From a virus (taxonomy: Duplodnaviria > Caudoviricetes), in IMG/VR virus record IMGVR_UViG_3300017722_005389: a DNA stretch of 64,000 bases. The stretch is one strand, 5' to 3'. Positions 17,621-27,450 of this stretch are shown here, one piece after another; within the stretch, counting starts at the first letter, position 1; each line of letters starts with the position of its first letter. The notes under the pieces were generated by a model. The model was not told the DNA's origin. It ran no database searches and was given only the letters and a program-made list of their open reading frames with translations. The position numbers and the translations under genes were made by a program.

Positions 17621-19444
17621 ATGCAAAAGAAGATAAATTATTATACAAGAGATTTTAATGGTATAAGAAGTGAACTTATAAATTTCACCAAAAAACATTT
17701 TCCAACTACCTATACAGAGTTTGATGATGCTTCAATCGGTATGTTACTTATCGAATTGAATGCTGCAGTTGCGGATATGCTTTCTTTTAATATTGATAGG
17801 GTAGCTCAAGAGAATTTGCTTGAACATGCTCAAGAAAAAAGATCATTGATGTCTTTAGCAAGAACTTATGGATTAAAGATTCCTTTCAAAAGACCTTCTA
17901 TTACTATTTGTGATTTTTCTGTTGAAGTCCCTGTTAATGGAGATTCATTTGATTTAACATATGCACCATTTTTATCTAGAGGGGCACAAGTAATTGGTGG
18001 TGGTCAAAAATTTGAATCTTTGAACGATATAGACTTTTCATCACCATTTTCAGCAAACGGAACTCCTAATAGAATTATAATCCCAAATGTAGATAACACT
18101 GGAGACATTTCATCATATACTTTGAAAAAACGTGAATTGGTAGTCGCAGGTGAAACCAAGTTTTATAAAAGAGTTATCAGTTCTGCAGACTCAGTTCCAT
18201 TTTTAGAGATTGATTTGCCAGATAATGATATTTTATCAGTTGATTCAGTAATTTCTTTAGATGGCACAGATTATCAAAGGAACCCAACTTTATCAGAGCA
18301 AGTAAACCCAAATAATCTTTGGTATTCGGTAGAATCTTTAGCTGAAAGCAAAATTTTTATTGAGCAACCATTACTTTCTTCAGACAAACCAGGAGTTTTA
18401 GTTGGAAAATGGGAATATATCTCAAGAAGGTTTATGTATGAATTTTCTGATAGAGGATATGTAACAGTGAGATTTGGAAATGGGGTTCAAGATACATCTG
18501 CATCAAGTCAATATCTTACAAATTCAGATATATTTTTAGAACAAATTCAGAATTATGTGTTAGATAACTCACTAGGAGATATTCCAAAAGCAAATTCTAC
18601 ATTATTTTTAAAATATCGTGTAGGTGGAGGTGCCTCAAGTAATATAGGTATTAACACTTTGACAAGTTTAGGCATTTACAATATCTTTGTACCAGGACAA
18701 AATCCGACTATTAATCAAAGGGTGAAAAATTCTTTGAAGGTAAATAACCCTTTACCTGCTTTTGGAGGTTCAGACCAGCCTTCTATTGAAGAAATGAGAA
18801 ATATTATAAGATATAATTTTGCAGCACAAAACAGATGTGTAACTTTAAAAGATTATTATAGTAGAATTTATCAAATGGGTGGTAAATTTGGTGTGCCTTA
18901 TAAGGCTGCCGTTGCGAAAGTTAATAATAAAGTAGAAATTTCAATATTAGGTATTGATGCGAATGGAAAATTGACCAATAGCTCAACAAGTACTATGAAA
19001 GAAAACATTTCAACTTATTTGGAGAAATACAAACTTCCAAATGACTATGTTTCTGTTAAAGATGGAAAAATTCTTAATATCGCATTTGAATTTGATTTAT
19101 TCGCAGATCCGAATTTCAATAGAAACGAGATAGCTTCTGAAGTGATAAATGCTACCAACAAATATATACAAGAACAAAAACTGATAATGGGGCAAGACAT
19201 TTACTTGTCACAACTCATCGAAATTGTAAATAATATTGGGGGTGTATTAAATGTTATCAGTTTTAGAATTTACAATAAAGTAGGTCAAGGTATTTATTCA
19301 TTGAATCGAACAGGTCAACCATTATCAGATGCTGCTACTGGAGAAATTAATCTTCTTGGGCAGAATGCGATTTTTTCACAATATGATGAAATTTTCGAAA
19401 TAAAATATCCTGAAAAAGATATAAGAGTAAGATTCTCCGCATAA
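17621..19444 (+). CDS. baseplate wedge subunit (T4 gp6 / baseplate J-like)
   Basis: INYYTRDFNGIRSELINF, LMSLARTYG, VRFGNG, YRVGGGASSN, AAQNRCVTLKDY. Confidence 0.88.
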   Translation: MQKKINYYTRDFNGIRSELINFTKKHFPTTYTEFDDASIGMLLIELNAAVADMLSFNIDRVAQENLLEHAQEKRSLMSLARTYGLKIPFKRPSITICDFSVEVPVNGDSFDLTYAPFLSRGAQVIGGGQKFESLNDIDFSSPFSANGTPNRIIIPNVDNTGDISSYTLKKRELVVAGETKFYKRVISSADSVPFLEIDLPDNDILSVDSVISLDGTDYQRNPTLSEQVNPNNLWYSVESLAESKIFIEQPLLSSDKPGVLVGKWEYISRRFMYEFSDRGYVTVRFGNGVQDTSASSQYLTNSDIFLEQIQNYVLDNSLGDIPKANSTLFLKYRVGGGASSNIGINTLTSLGIYNIFVPGQNPTINQRVKNSLKVNNPLPAFGGSDQPSIEEMRNIIRYNFAAQNRCVTLKDYYSRIYQMGGKFGVPYKAAVAKVNNKVEISILGIDANGKLTNSSTSTMKENISTYLEKYKLPNDYVSVKDGKILNIAFEFDLFADPNFNRNEIASEVINATNKYIQEQKLIMGQDIYLSQLIEIVNNIGGVLNVISFRIYNKVGQGIYSLNRTGQPLSDAATGEINLLGQNAIFSQYDEIFEIKYPEKDIRVRFSA

Positions 19445-19452
19445 AAAAATTT

Positions 19453-19478
19453 AACCTCCTTTCAAAAGGAGGTTTTTT
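19453..19478 (+). terminator. Rho-independent terminator
   Basis: AACCTCCTTT-CA-AAAGGAGGTT plus T tract. Confidence 0.85.
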
Positions 19479-19536
19479 GTTTTCTTATGAAAAACATTAT
19501 ATTAAAGAAAAAAATAAAAATCAATATTTATTCAAA

Positions 19537-19806
19537 ATGGGATGTTGCAATAAAACTACTGACAATAAATTAAATCAAACTCAAAAACGAATTGAAAATT
19601 TTGAAATTAAACATGAATTACCCAAAGAAGCACTTTTTAGCGGAAAGTTAGGTAGATTATTTTATTTTTTAATATTATTAACTATTGCTTTGACACCTAT
19701 CATCAATTTAGCTGCTATTTATGTGTTTTTTATTGCAGTTTTTGGTAAAAATATTAATAAAAAAGTTTTAAATGCAAAGAAATATCAGGATTCGAACGAA
19801 GCCTAA
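19537..19806 (+). CDS. small membrane protein with MGCCNK N-terminus
   Basis: Start after TATTTATT; long hydrophobic segment LFYFLILLTIALTPIINLAAIYVFFIAVF. Confidence 0.7.
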   Translation: MGCCNKTTDNKLNQTQKRIENFEIKHELPKEALFSGKLGRLFYFLILLTIALTPIINLAAIYVFFIAVFGKNINKKVLNAKKYQDSNEA

Positions 19807-22800
19807 TGATGGCGATAAATATGTAAAGATAAAAATTGATCAATCATTTGATTTTTTAGAAATTCTGTCTTTAAAATTAACGCAAGCAGAAGTATACCGT
19901 AAATTTGCATCAAATTATGGTGCAATTGTAGGTAGGGTAATTGCTAATGGTGGGTTTGGAGTTCCAAATGCAAAGGTTTCTGTGTTTATTCCAATAGATG
20001 ATAATGAACCTAACGAAATCATAAAGGACATATATCCATACAAAAAATTAAAAGATACAAATGCTGATGGTGTAAGATACAATCTTCTACCTGATGATAA
20101 ACAAGGTGAATGTCATACACCTATAGGAACATTTCCAAGTAAAAGAAAAGTTCTTGATAATGATATTTGGCTTGAAATATATGAAAAATATTATAAGTTC
20201 ACTACAACTACTAATTCAGCTGGTGATTATATGATATTTGGTGTACCTATTGGAACACAAAATATGCACATGGATGTAGACATAAGTGATATGGATTTTC
20301 TATCATTAAAACCATATGATTTAATAGAACAAGGTTACAATCCAAATTTATTTGAATCTAGAACTATATATAAAGATGGCGTTAATCTAGGGTCATTAGT
20401 TCAAGTTCAATCAAAAGATTATGCATTAAATGTGATTCCATTTTGGGGAGATTTGGAGGAAGGTGAAGTTGGTGTAAATAGAGTTGATTTTAATTTAGAC
20501 TTGGAAATTGTTCCAAATGCAGTATTTTTTGGTTCAATATTTTCGGATTCAAAGAAATCCTCAGTTAGAAAAAAATGTGGTGTAAGAAAGGGTGTTGGTA
20601 GAAATTGTGATTTATCGACAGGTGTTGGTAGAATCGAAATGTTGAGAAGGGTTTTACCAAATTCTAATGAAACTGAAATAATTGAAGGCGAAGCAAAAAA
20701 TATAGATGAAAACGGAAATTGGGCGTTTACGGTTCCAATGAATTTAGAAAGAGTTGTTACTGACGAATTCGGTAATTTAGTTCCTTCAGAAGACCCAGGT
20801 GTTGGAATTGCGACAAAAGCTTCAGTTAGATTCAGAATAGGTTTAGAAGAGCATAGTGGTAGTCTTAAAAATAGAACTGCAAGTTACTTAGTTCCAAACA
20901 TGTATAATAGATTTGAATTCGGAGATGATACTCCTGATTTCGAGTTTTTTGAAATGCGTTGGAAAAAGGTATATACAGTTACAAACTACATACCAAGATA
21001 TCAAAGAAATGACGATACTGCAAATACAAAACTATTTACAGGAATAAAAGATGTAGGAGAATGTGAAAATACTTCGCCATTCCCCTTTAATAGAGTATCA
21101 ATTGCACCAACATTTTTCTTTGGAATTTTGTGTTTAATAATAAATCTATTTGCTTTAATTTTGGAAATTATAAACTTCATACTTGAAATTATAATTTTCC
21201 AATTAGTAATAAGGTTTATTTGCTTTGTAATGCACCCTTTTAGTAGGGGTAGACAAGGTGCTTGTAGATGTAAAGGATGTTATGATACTGAAAACTTTTT
21301 AAGAACAGGACCAGACTTTATTCCCGATGGATGGGTTGCTTCAAATTGTAACATTTGTGTAGATTGTGCAATTTGTTATGATGGTGGAAATGAAGGTGCT
21401 ACCACATACGCATTAAAAGAATCAATAACACTGTATCCATCATATATAGATCCCATTTCTATAGTACAAGGAACAGGAGCTACTCCATCAACCACATTTT
21501 CACCTGTGAGTATTGCAGGATCAGATTCATTTGAAATTATAACTGATGTTTCAGGGAATATATCTTCAATTAAAATATTAAATCAGGGAATTTTAGTATT
21601 AGCCCCATTTTATAGTTTAACAATTCCTAACGGTGCTTTAGGTGTAGGTTCATCAGGATATAGTTTTACACTTACTGTAGGAAATATAATTATTATAAGT
21701 CAAGATACAAGTTCAACAAATGGGACTTACAATAATTTAGTAGAACCATCAAGTTATACTTATGGCACAGGAAGTGGAAATGGTTTAGAATTCGATTTAG
21801 TTATTTCTGGAGGTATTATAGATTCAATAACTATTGCCGTAGGCGAAGGTGGAGTCGGATATACTTATTATGATTTAGCAAGTCCTACTGCTGAAAATTT
21901 TAATATACTTCCAGGTGTCATTGGGACAAACAAGAGTTTTGCTTTTCATGTATCAGCATTTAATACCATGCAAAGTATTAACTATTCATCAGGGGGATCA
22001 TATTCCGTTGATTGTACTAATATTGATCTAGCTCAAGATTGTATAAATCAATGTCAAACGTGTCCACTCACTTTATATAGATTTGAATGTAATGGCGTAC
22101 CATTTGATGATATACTTGGTTGGGTAAGATGTGTCAATGAAAATATTGCAGAGGAATCAGGGATAGTAAAATATAATTTCTACAATGATTGGGTCATTGG
22201 TTCATTATATTCATTTTTATTTGATTATAAAGTTAAATTTAAAAAGAAAGGTAAGTCCTTTGAAAAATTTTGTGATTTCAATTGTAGAGATTATGGCGAA
22301 TCAGTACCACCTATAAATGACCCTGATTATCCACGTAGAAAAAACAGATGTTATACTGCAATTATTGCAGAAGAAAGAATTTTTAACGGTACGCCTTCTT
22401 CACCAGGAGACTGTTCATATGGAAACCATTTCGTTGAATATGTAACAAATCCCCCTCTTACAACACCTAATCATGGACTTATAGTTGAATATGAAGATAA
22501 TTTATACTATTCTGCAAGATATGATGTAGAAATGAATACTGCAGATCCTACATCAAATAGTTTAGATGTATGCAGAAAATATCTATTATTATTTGCCACA
22601 AATATTATTGAACTCGGAAGCATGGTATCGTGTGATTTAGATGGAGAACCATATTTAGTAGACAGGCTAGAAGCGACTTCATATCAAAAAGATGATGGAA
22701 CTGGAACTATAGTAGATTTCTTAGATTGCTTTACAGCATGCCCTATAAATAGAAATGGTATACAATTGATGTCTCAAACAGGTTTAGAAATTGCATTTGC

Positions 22801-23254
22801 AACGGCTGACAGCGCAAATTCTCCATTACTTGTAGGTGATGATGGTGAAATATATACAATAATTGGAACAGAATCTGCGATACCTGATTATGATGGGAAT
22901 AGTAACGTTATAATTTTTGATAGAGATGATATAATTCTCAGAAGAAAATTGTGTGAAAATTTTAAGTATTATAATACTGTTGGAGTATACTCTTCAAGTA
23001 CTCATCCTACAAATCTTATAACAGATTCTTATCTAGAAGAATCTGCCATTTCCCCAGACTCTGGAGAAGTCTTAGAATTTACAATTGATACATGTGCTGG
23101 ATTTGATGACAACGATCAAAATTTTTGCTTTGGTCCTGCTCTTGAAGGTCCTGCAAGAAGAATGCACCCATATTACACGTATTTTGGCATAAGACAAGGA
23201 CAGACTTCTTTAGATAAACTAAGAAAATTTTATTTTGATAGATGTATTGATTAA
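19772..23254 (+). CDS. large virion/tail protein with Ig-like (carboxypeptidase-regulatory-like) N-domain, hydrophobic helix and Cys-rich C-region
   Basis: VGRVIANGGFGVPNAKVSVF, TTTTNSAGDYMIFGVP; hydrophobic stretch around aa 445-485; lies in the baseplate cluster. Confidence 0.7.
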   Translation: MQRNIRIRTKPNDGDKYVKIKIDQSFDFLEILSLKLTQAEVYRKFASNYGAIVGRVIANGGFGVPNAKVSVFIPIDDNEPNEIIKDIYPYKKLKDTNADGVRYNLLPDDKQGECHTPIGTFPSKRKVLDNDIWLEIYEKYYKFTTTTNSAGDYMIFGVPIGTQNMHMDVDISDMDFLSLKPYDLIEQGYNPNLFESRTIYKDGVNLGSLVQVQSKDYALNVIPFWGDLEEGEVGVNRVDFNLDLEIVPNAVFFGSIFSDSKKSSVRKKCGVRKGVGRNCDLSTGVGRIEMLRRVLPNSNETEIIEGEAKNIDENGNWAFTVPMNLERVVTDEFGNLVPSEDPGVGIATKASVRFRIGLEEHSGSLKNRTASYLVPNMYNRFEFGDDTPDFEFFEMRWKKVYTVTNYIPRYQRNDDTANTKLFTGIKDVGECENTSPFPFNRVSIAPTFFFGILCLIINLFALILEIINFILEIIIFQLVIRFICFVMHPFSRGRQGACRCKGCYDTENFLRTGPDFIPDGWVASNCNICVDCAICYDGGNEGATTYALKESITLYPSYIDPISIVQGTGATPSTTFSPVSIAGSDSFEIITDVSGNISSIKILNQGILVLAPFYSLTIPNGALGVGSSGYSFTLTVGNIIIISQDTSSTNGTYNNLVEPSSYTYGTGSGNGLEFDLVISGGIIDSITIAVGEGGVGYTYYDLASPTAENFNILPGVIGTNKSFAFHVSAFNTMQSINYSSGGSYSVDCTNIDLAQDCINQCQTCPLTLYRFECNGVPFDDILGWVRCVNENIAEESGIVKYNFYNDWVIGSLYSFLFDYKVKFKKKGKSFEKFCDFNCRDYGESVPPINDPDYPRRKNRCYTAIIAEERIFNGTPSSPGDCSYGNHFVEYVTNPPLTTPNHGLIVEYEDNLYYSARYDVEMNTADPTSNSLDVCRKYLLLFATNIIELGSMVSCDLDGEPYLVDRLEATSYQKDDGTGTIVDFLDCFTACPINRNGIQLMSQTGLEIAFATADSANSPLLVGDDGEIYTIIGTESAIPDYDGNSNVIIFDRDDIILRRKLCENFKYYNTVGVYSSSTHPTNLITDSYLEESAISPDSGEVLEFTIDTCAGFDDNDQNFCFGPALEGPARRMHPYYTYFGIRQGQTSLDKLRKFYFDRCID

Positions 23255-23256
23255 CT

Positions 23257-24882
23257 ATGGATAGAAATGAAAGAGTTGTTTTAAATGAATTTAAATCTAA
23301 GGAACAGAATAATACCAATATTACTCTTAAACAAGATTTTATAAATTCACATAATCTTATTCCAATAGAACCTTTGGAAGAAGAGGTAGACATTTCTGCA
23401 ATCTTTATGAATGAAAGAGATACTTCTAATTGTTATAGATTTCTTGGAAATATAAATACTGTTGCTTCAAATGTTCTTTTCAATTGGAATGGTGCCAATT
23501 CATATGAAACCATATTAGGTCTTATGGATTATGATAGCGGAGATCCAGAATCAACTGATGAATACGTTTTTACTCAAAATGAAATTTTAAAAGAAAAAAA
23601 TGGATGGTTTTACTATCTTGCTTCAGGTGAAAGTGTATGCCAAAAAAGTTTTTTAGAACCTGTTCCAGACAGATTTTATCCATTGAATGCTTCAGGTGAT
23701 ACAAATTGGAATGTTTGGCTAACATACCCAAAATATACAGACTTAATCCCATTAACATTCAATCAAGTTGATATTCAAGATGGAATTGCAGTTTACTCTG
23801 GAACTACCATAACAATTGATAATAGGCAAATGACTGCATTTATTTGTTCGATAAATCATGGATTAAGTGTCGGTGATGAAATTGCCATTAGAAGTAATCC
23901 GATCCTTCCAGCAACTAATACAGGTTATGAAGGAATATTTAGTATTTATGAGTTAGGATTTGGAGATGGGACTTATTTATCTAACACTTTTATAATAGAT
24001 TATGTGATTCCTAGCGGTATTACTGCAGGGCTTTTTTCGAATACTAGAACATCTTTCAAAAGAAGAGTTGAAGGGTATGAATCAGAATATCACGGAAGAT
24101 GGTTTGAAAAAATATCTAAGCAATCTGAATTAGAACTTTATAACACAGCATTTGCTACAAATATTTATAGAGATCCAATATATTCATATATTTTTAATAA
24201 AGAATATGATACAAACTTATATAGAGATTATTTAGGCAGACCTTTAACAGAAATTTATGTTACGGTTGTTAAAAAACAGGATATTTATAACAACCAACCA
24301 TTTTGGACTTCATTAGAAAGCGGTTTAAAAACAGTTATAACAAATTCTGAATATGATATCAATACAATAAATTCAGTAACTAATAATGATTCAATTGAAA
24401 ATAATTTATATTCAAATACGATTAGTTTCTTTGGAGATATAATTGAATATAATCCAGTTAGTCAAACTGAAAACGTTTTAGAGGTAGCATATCATAGATT
24501 TAATACCACAAATCGAGAGAATTACAATTTTTTAGAAGGATATTATTATAAACCACATTATAAACAACAAATAAGAAAATTTTCAGACTATGTTGAAGTT
24601 AGTACAAATGAAAACGATGATATTCCAGACTACGCAAGCGATCTCGGAGATGGGAGAAAAATTTGGAGAGATGTTTTGCCCAATGATTTTAGTAACACTG
24701 ACAATATTCCATTTTTGAATGGATGTCATTATATTTATAATAACATAATTTTAACAATTCAACGTCAAGATCCATGTAATATTTATAATTCACCAAATGT
24801 AACATTGGTTGAAGGTATTTGTGATGTTGAAATCCTTCAACAATTCGAACAAACAACACCTTCAAATAACTTCTGCGAATAA
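23257..24882 (+). CDS. putative baseplate/tail structural protein
   Basis: 541 aa; operon context and beta-rich composition. Confidence 0.6.
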   Translation: MDRNERVVLNEFKSKEQNNTNITLKQDFINSHNLIPIEPLEEEVDISAIFMNERDTSNCYRFLGNINTVASNVLFNWNGANSYETILGLMDYDSGDPESTDEYVFTQNEILKEKNGWFYYLASGESVCQKSFLEPVPDRFYPLNASGDTNWNVWLTYPKYTDLIPLTFNQVDIQDGIAVYSGTTITIDNRQMTAFICSINHGLSVGDEIAIRSNPILPATNTGYEGIFSIYELGFGDGTYLSNTFIIDYVIPSGITAGLFSNTRTSFKRRVEGYESEYHGRWFEKISKQSELELYNTAFATNIYRDPIYSYIFNKEYDTNLYRDYLGRPLTEIYVTVVKKQDIYNNQPFWTSLESGLKTVITNSEYDINTINSVTNNDSIENNLYSNTISFFGDIIEYNPVSQTENVLEVAYHRFNTTNRENYNFLEGYYYKPHYKQQIRKFSDYVEVSTNENDDIPDYASDLGDGRKIWRDVLPNDFSNTDNIPFLNGCHYIYNNIILTIQRQDPCNIYNSPNVTLVEGICDVEILQQFEQTTPSNNFCE

Positions 24883-25661
24883 TGGAAAAGATAACGTTGA
24901 ATATAAATACTTTGGGTGAAACAGGCAATTATATAAAAATTCCTATTAACAATTTTTTCATTCCTATGGATAATGATGAAGTTGTTCAAAATGAATTTAT
25001 TCCTGATGCTGTTATAGAAGGACTGAATCCCATTGAAGACTATGAAAAGAAACGATTTTTACCTTGGAATGGTATAACTCAATTAATTATAAGATTAAAA
25101 CAATCTGGATCAACACCTCTTCACTATGATGATTTTGGTTATTCTTATGATGATTTATTTTTCTTAAGAAATTCATTCAAAAATTCATTTATTAAATTAA
25201 ATTTTTATGATTCACCCGACCCTTCCAATAGAAGACTGGCATTTCAATCTATAATTTATAATCAGATAAACTCAGACCAAAGAGACCCGATAACGAAATA
25301 TCCGTTACCAATAGCTACAATGCCTATAACCTATAGAATTGTAGATCCTATAAAGGTAAAAATTGGGATTTCTGAAGGATTTTATTTGTACTGGCTTAAC
25401 AATCCACCAAACACTCAATATCCTATTAATTTTTATATGACAGCTTCATATCATAACGCTTTAGATGGTATTATTACTCCTTTGATAGCTTATGATTTTC
25501 CAAGTCTACCTATAAATCAATTTAACGCATATAATTATGTGAAATATACTTTATCAAGCATAAATGGAATTAGCCAATACCAAGTCGATATGAACAATAG
25601 AACTATATCGCAAGTAGGTTCTGACTTATACATAGATTTTTACATTCCAGATTTATTATGA
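24882..25661 (+). CDS. putative baseplate/tail structural protein
   Basis: 259 aa; TAATG coupling within the structural operon. Confidence 0.6.
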   Translation: MEKITLNINTLGETGNYIKIPINNFFIPMDNDEVVQNEFIPDAVIEGLNPIEDYEKKRFLPWNGITQLIIRLKQSGSTPLHYDDFGYSYDDLFFLRNSFKNSFIKLNFYDSPDPSNRRLAFQSIIYNQINSDQRDPITKYPLPIATMPITYRIVDPIKVKIGISEGFYLYWLNNPPNTQYPINFYMTASYHNALDGIITPLIAYDFPSLPINQFNAYNYVKYTLSSINGISQYQVDMNNRTISQVGSDLYIDFYIPDLL

Positions 25662-26503
25662 TTACAATAAAAAAAAGAATTTGCTTAGAGGACTTTTTAA
25701 ATAAGGCTTATCCAATCGTTAGACCAGGTATAAGTAAAAAACTGCTTGATCAAAACGGTTGCCCTATTCCAGAAATTCCTATTAACGCTGAAGACTATAT
25801 AAATGAAAATGAGAAGTATAACAAGATTGATAAAAGTTTTATCAATATTTTAGTGCATTTTGAGCAGACTTTTGATAACATTGGAATTTTTACAAATGAA
25901 GAATTTATACCTTCTGATGAGATTATAAATTCAGAGCCCGATTATTTCACAAGAATTTCAGGATTGAATATTGAAAATTATTATACTTTTGATGAATATT
26001 TAGTCACAGGATTCACTGAATCTCAAGTGGAAGTTGTAGCATCTTACAATGAAAACAATCCATTTATTGTAAATTTAAATGTTTCAGATACACCTTCTTC
26101 AGAGTTCACAGGTGTATTAGAATTCAAAGATTCAAGTGTGGTGTATGTTATAGGTGGAGCTTTGAATTTGGGTCAATACGTTCCAAATACAGGTATTATT
26201 TATGAAACTTTTTTAATACCAAGAATTGTTCAAAACCCTTTAACAGGTGAATATAGAGCTATAGATTTAACAACTTTCAAATATTATACAAAAGGCATTC
26301 GTAATTATAATACGGTATTACAAGCATTAATTCATGAAGAAAAATTTTTAAATATTGTATTTGAGCCAACTATAGACAATGATGTTGTTGTCGATAGAGG
26401 AACTGTTAATATAAGTGAACGACACTTAAAACTTTCAGAAATAGATTCAGTTGGTCAAATGGTAAAATATGGACAAAATTTTTTTAATGTGGTAGATAAG
26501 TAA
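25658..26503 (+). CDS. putative baseplate/tail structural protein
   Basis: 281 aa; ATGA overlap within the structural operon. Confidence 0.6.
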   Translation: MITIKKRICLEDFLNKAYPIVRPGISKKLLDQNGCPIPEIPINAEDYINENEKYNKIDKSFINILVHFEQTFDNIGIFTNEEFIPSDEIINSEPDYFTRISGLNIENYYTFDEYLVTGFTESQVEVVASYNENNPFIVNLNVSDTPSSEFTGVLEFKDSSVVYVIGGALNLGQYVPNTGIIYETFLIPRIVQNPLTGEYRAIDLTTFKYYTKGIRNYNTVLQALIHEEKFLNIVFEPTIDNDVVVDRGTVNISERHLKLSEIDSVGQMVKYGQNFFNVVDK

Positions 26504-26522
26504 TTTAAATTTTATAAAACAA

Positions 26523-26530
26523 TATTTATA
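26523..26530 (+). promoter_or_regulatory. TATTTATA putative late promoter
   Basis: 17 nt upstream of ATG 26548. Confidence 0.55.
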
Positions 26531-26547
26531 TTAAATAAAAAAAGATA

Positions 26548-27450
26548 ATGGCAACAGGCGTTTTTGGTATCAAAAGAAGTGCAGACTTTAAAGTTCGTGA
26601 TTGTGAAATTTTTTACACTTACAGTCAAGATAGAACTATAAATACTACTGAAGTTTTAACATTAAATCCCAATCAGATTATTCAGAAAATTGATGACCCT
26701 AATGATGCAGGAACAATATTAGGAGGACTATATAATTTAACTTTACCTACAGCAATTTTCAATAAAAAAGGTATATATAATATTTATATTAGACCTAAAA
26801 GAATAAGAACCAGAATTCTCGATTGCGGTGTTCTTTCATCAAAACCTGATATCAGAGGTGTTTTGTTTGATTTAACAACTGTGAGTTCAGAAGATGTGTC
26901 AAAGTTTGAAAATGGGGGTCTTATTGGATATAGAATTGAATACATTGCAACCAATCCTACAACTGATGAGAAAAAAGTGCAAAATTTGTTTAGAATAATA
27001 ACTTCAAACAATAAAGTTGAACCTGTTAGTGAAAATCTTAATAATACCACTCAAAAAGGAGTAAAATATAGATTGAATGACAATAGTTCTTTAGTATTCT
27101 GCACGGTAACACCATCTTCTGCACCTTCTGTAAAACCGAATGCTGTTCCATTCATAGGATTGCCAAATCAAGAGGTATTCATCATACCAACATTTTTTGA
27201 TCCTGTTCATTTAGAAATTGAATTAGTTGAACATGATTTTGATACTTTGGCAATTGGATTGTATGGTAATCAATCTAAATCTGTTGCGGATGGAGTTAGA
27301 ACTTATTATAACGATGATAACGAAATTTATAAGCAGTTTACAGAATATGTGATTAAAGATGATGTAACTGAAGAAAAACTTTACGAAGTAAAACAAGAAA
27401 AAGATAATATAGATTTTTCAAAAGATTTTAATACAATTTCTAACATATAA
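26548..27450 (+). CDS. conserved virion structural protein
   Basis: 300 aa; MATGVFGIKRSADF... LYNLTLP...FNKKGIYNIYIRP; structural operon context. Confidence 0.65.
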   Translation: MATGVFGIKRSADFKVRDCEIFYTYSQDRTINTTEVLTLNPNQIIQKIDDPNDAGTILGGLYNLTLPTAIFNKKGIYNIYIRPKRIRTRILDCGVLSSKPDIRGVLFDLTTVSSEDVSKFENGGLIGYRIEYIATNPTTDEKKVQNLFRIITSNNKVEPVSENLNNTTQKGVKYRLNDNSSLVFCTVTPSSAPSVKPNAVPFIGLPNQEVFIIPTFFDPVHLEIELVEHDFDTLAIGLYGNQSKSVADGVRTYYNDDNEIYKQFTEYVIKDDVTEEKLYEVKQEKDNIDFSKDFNTISNI

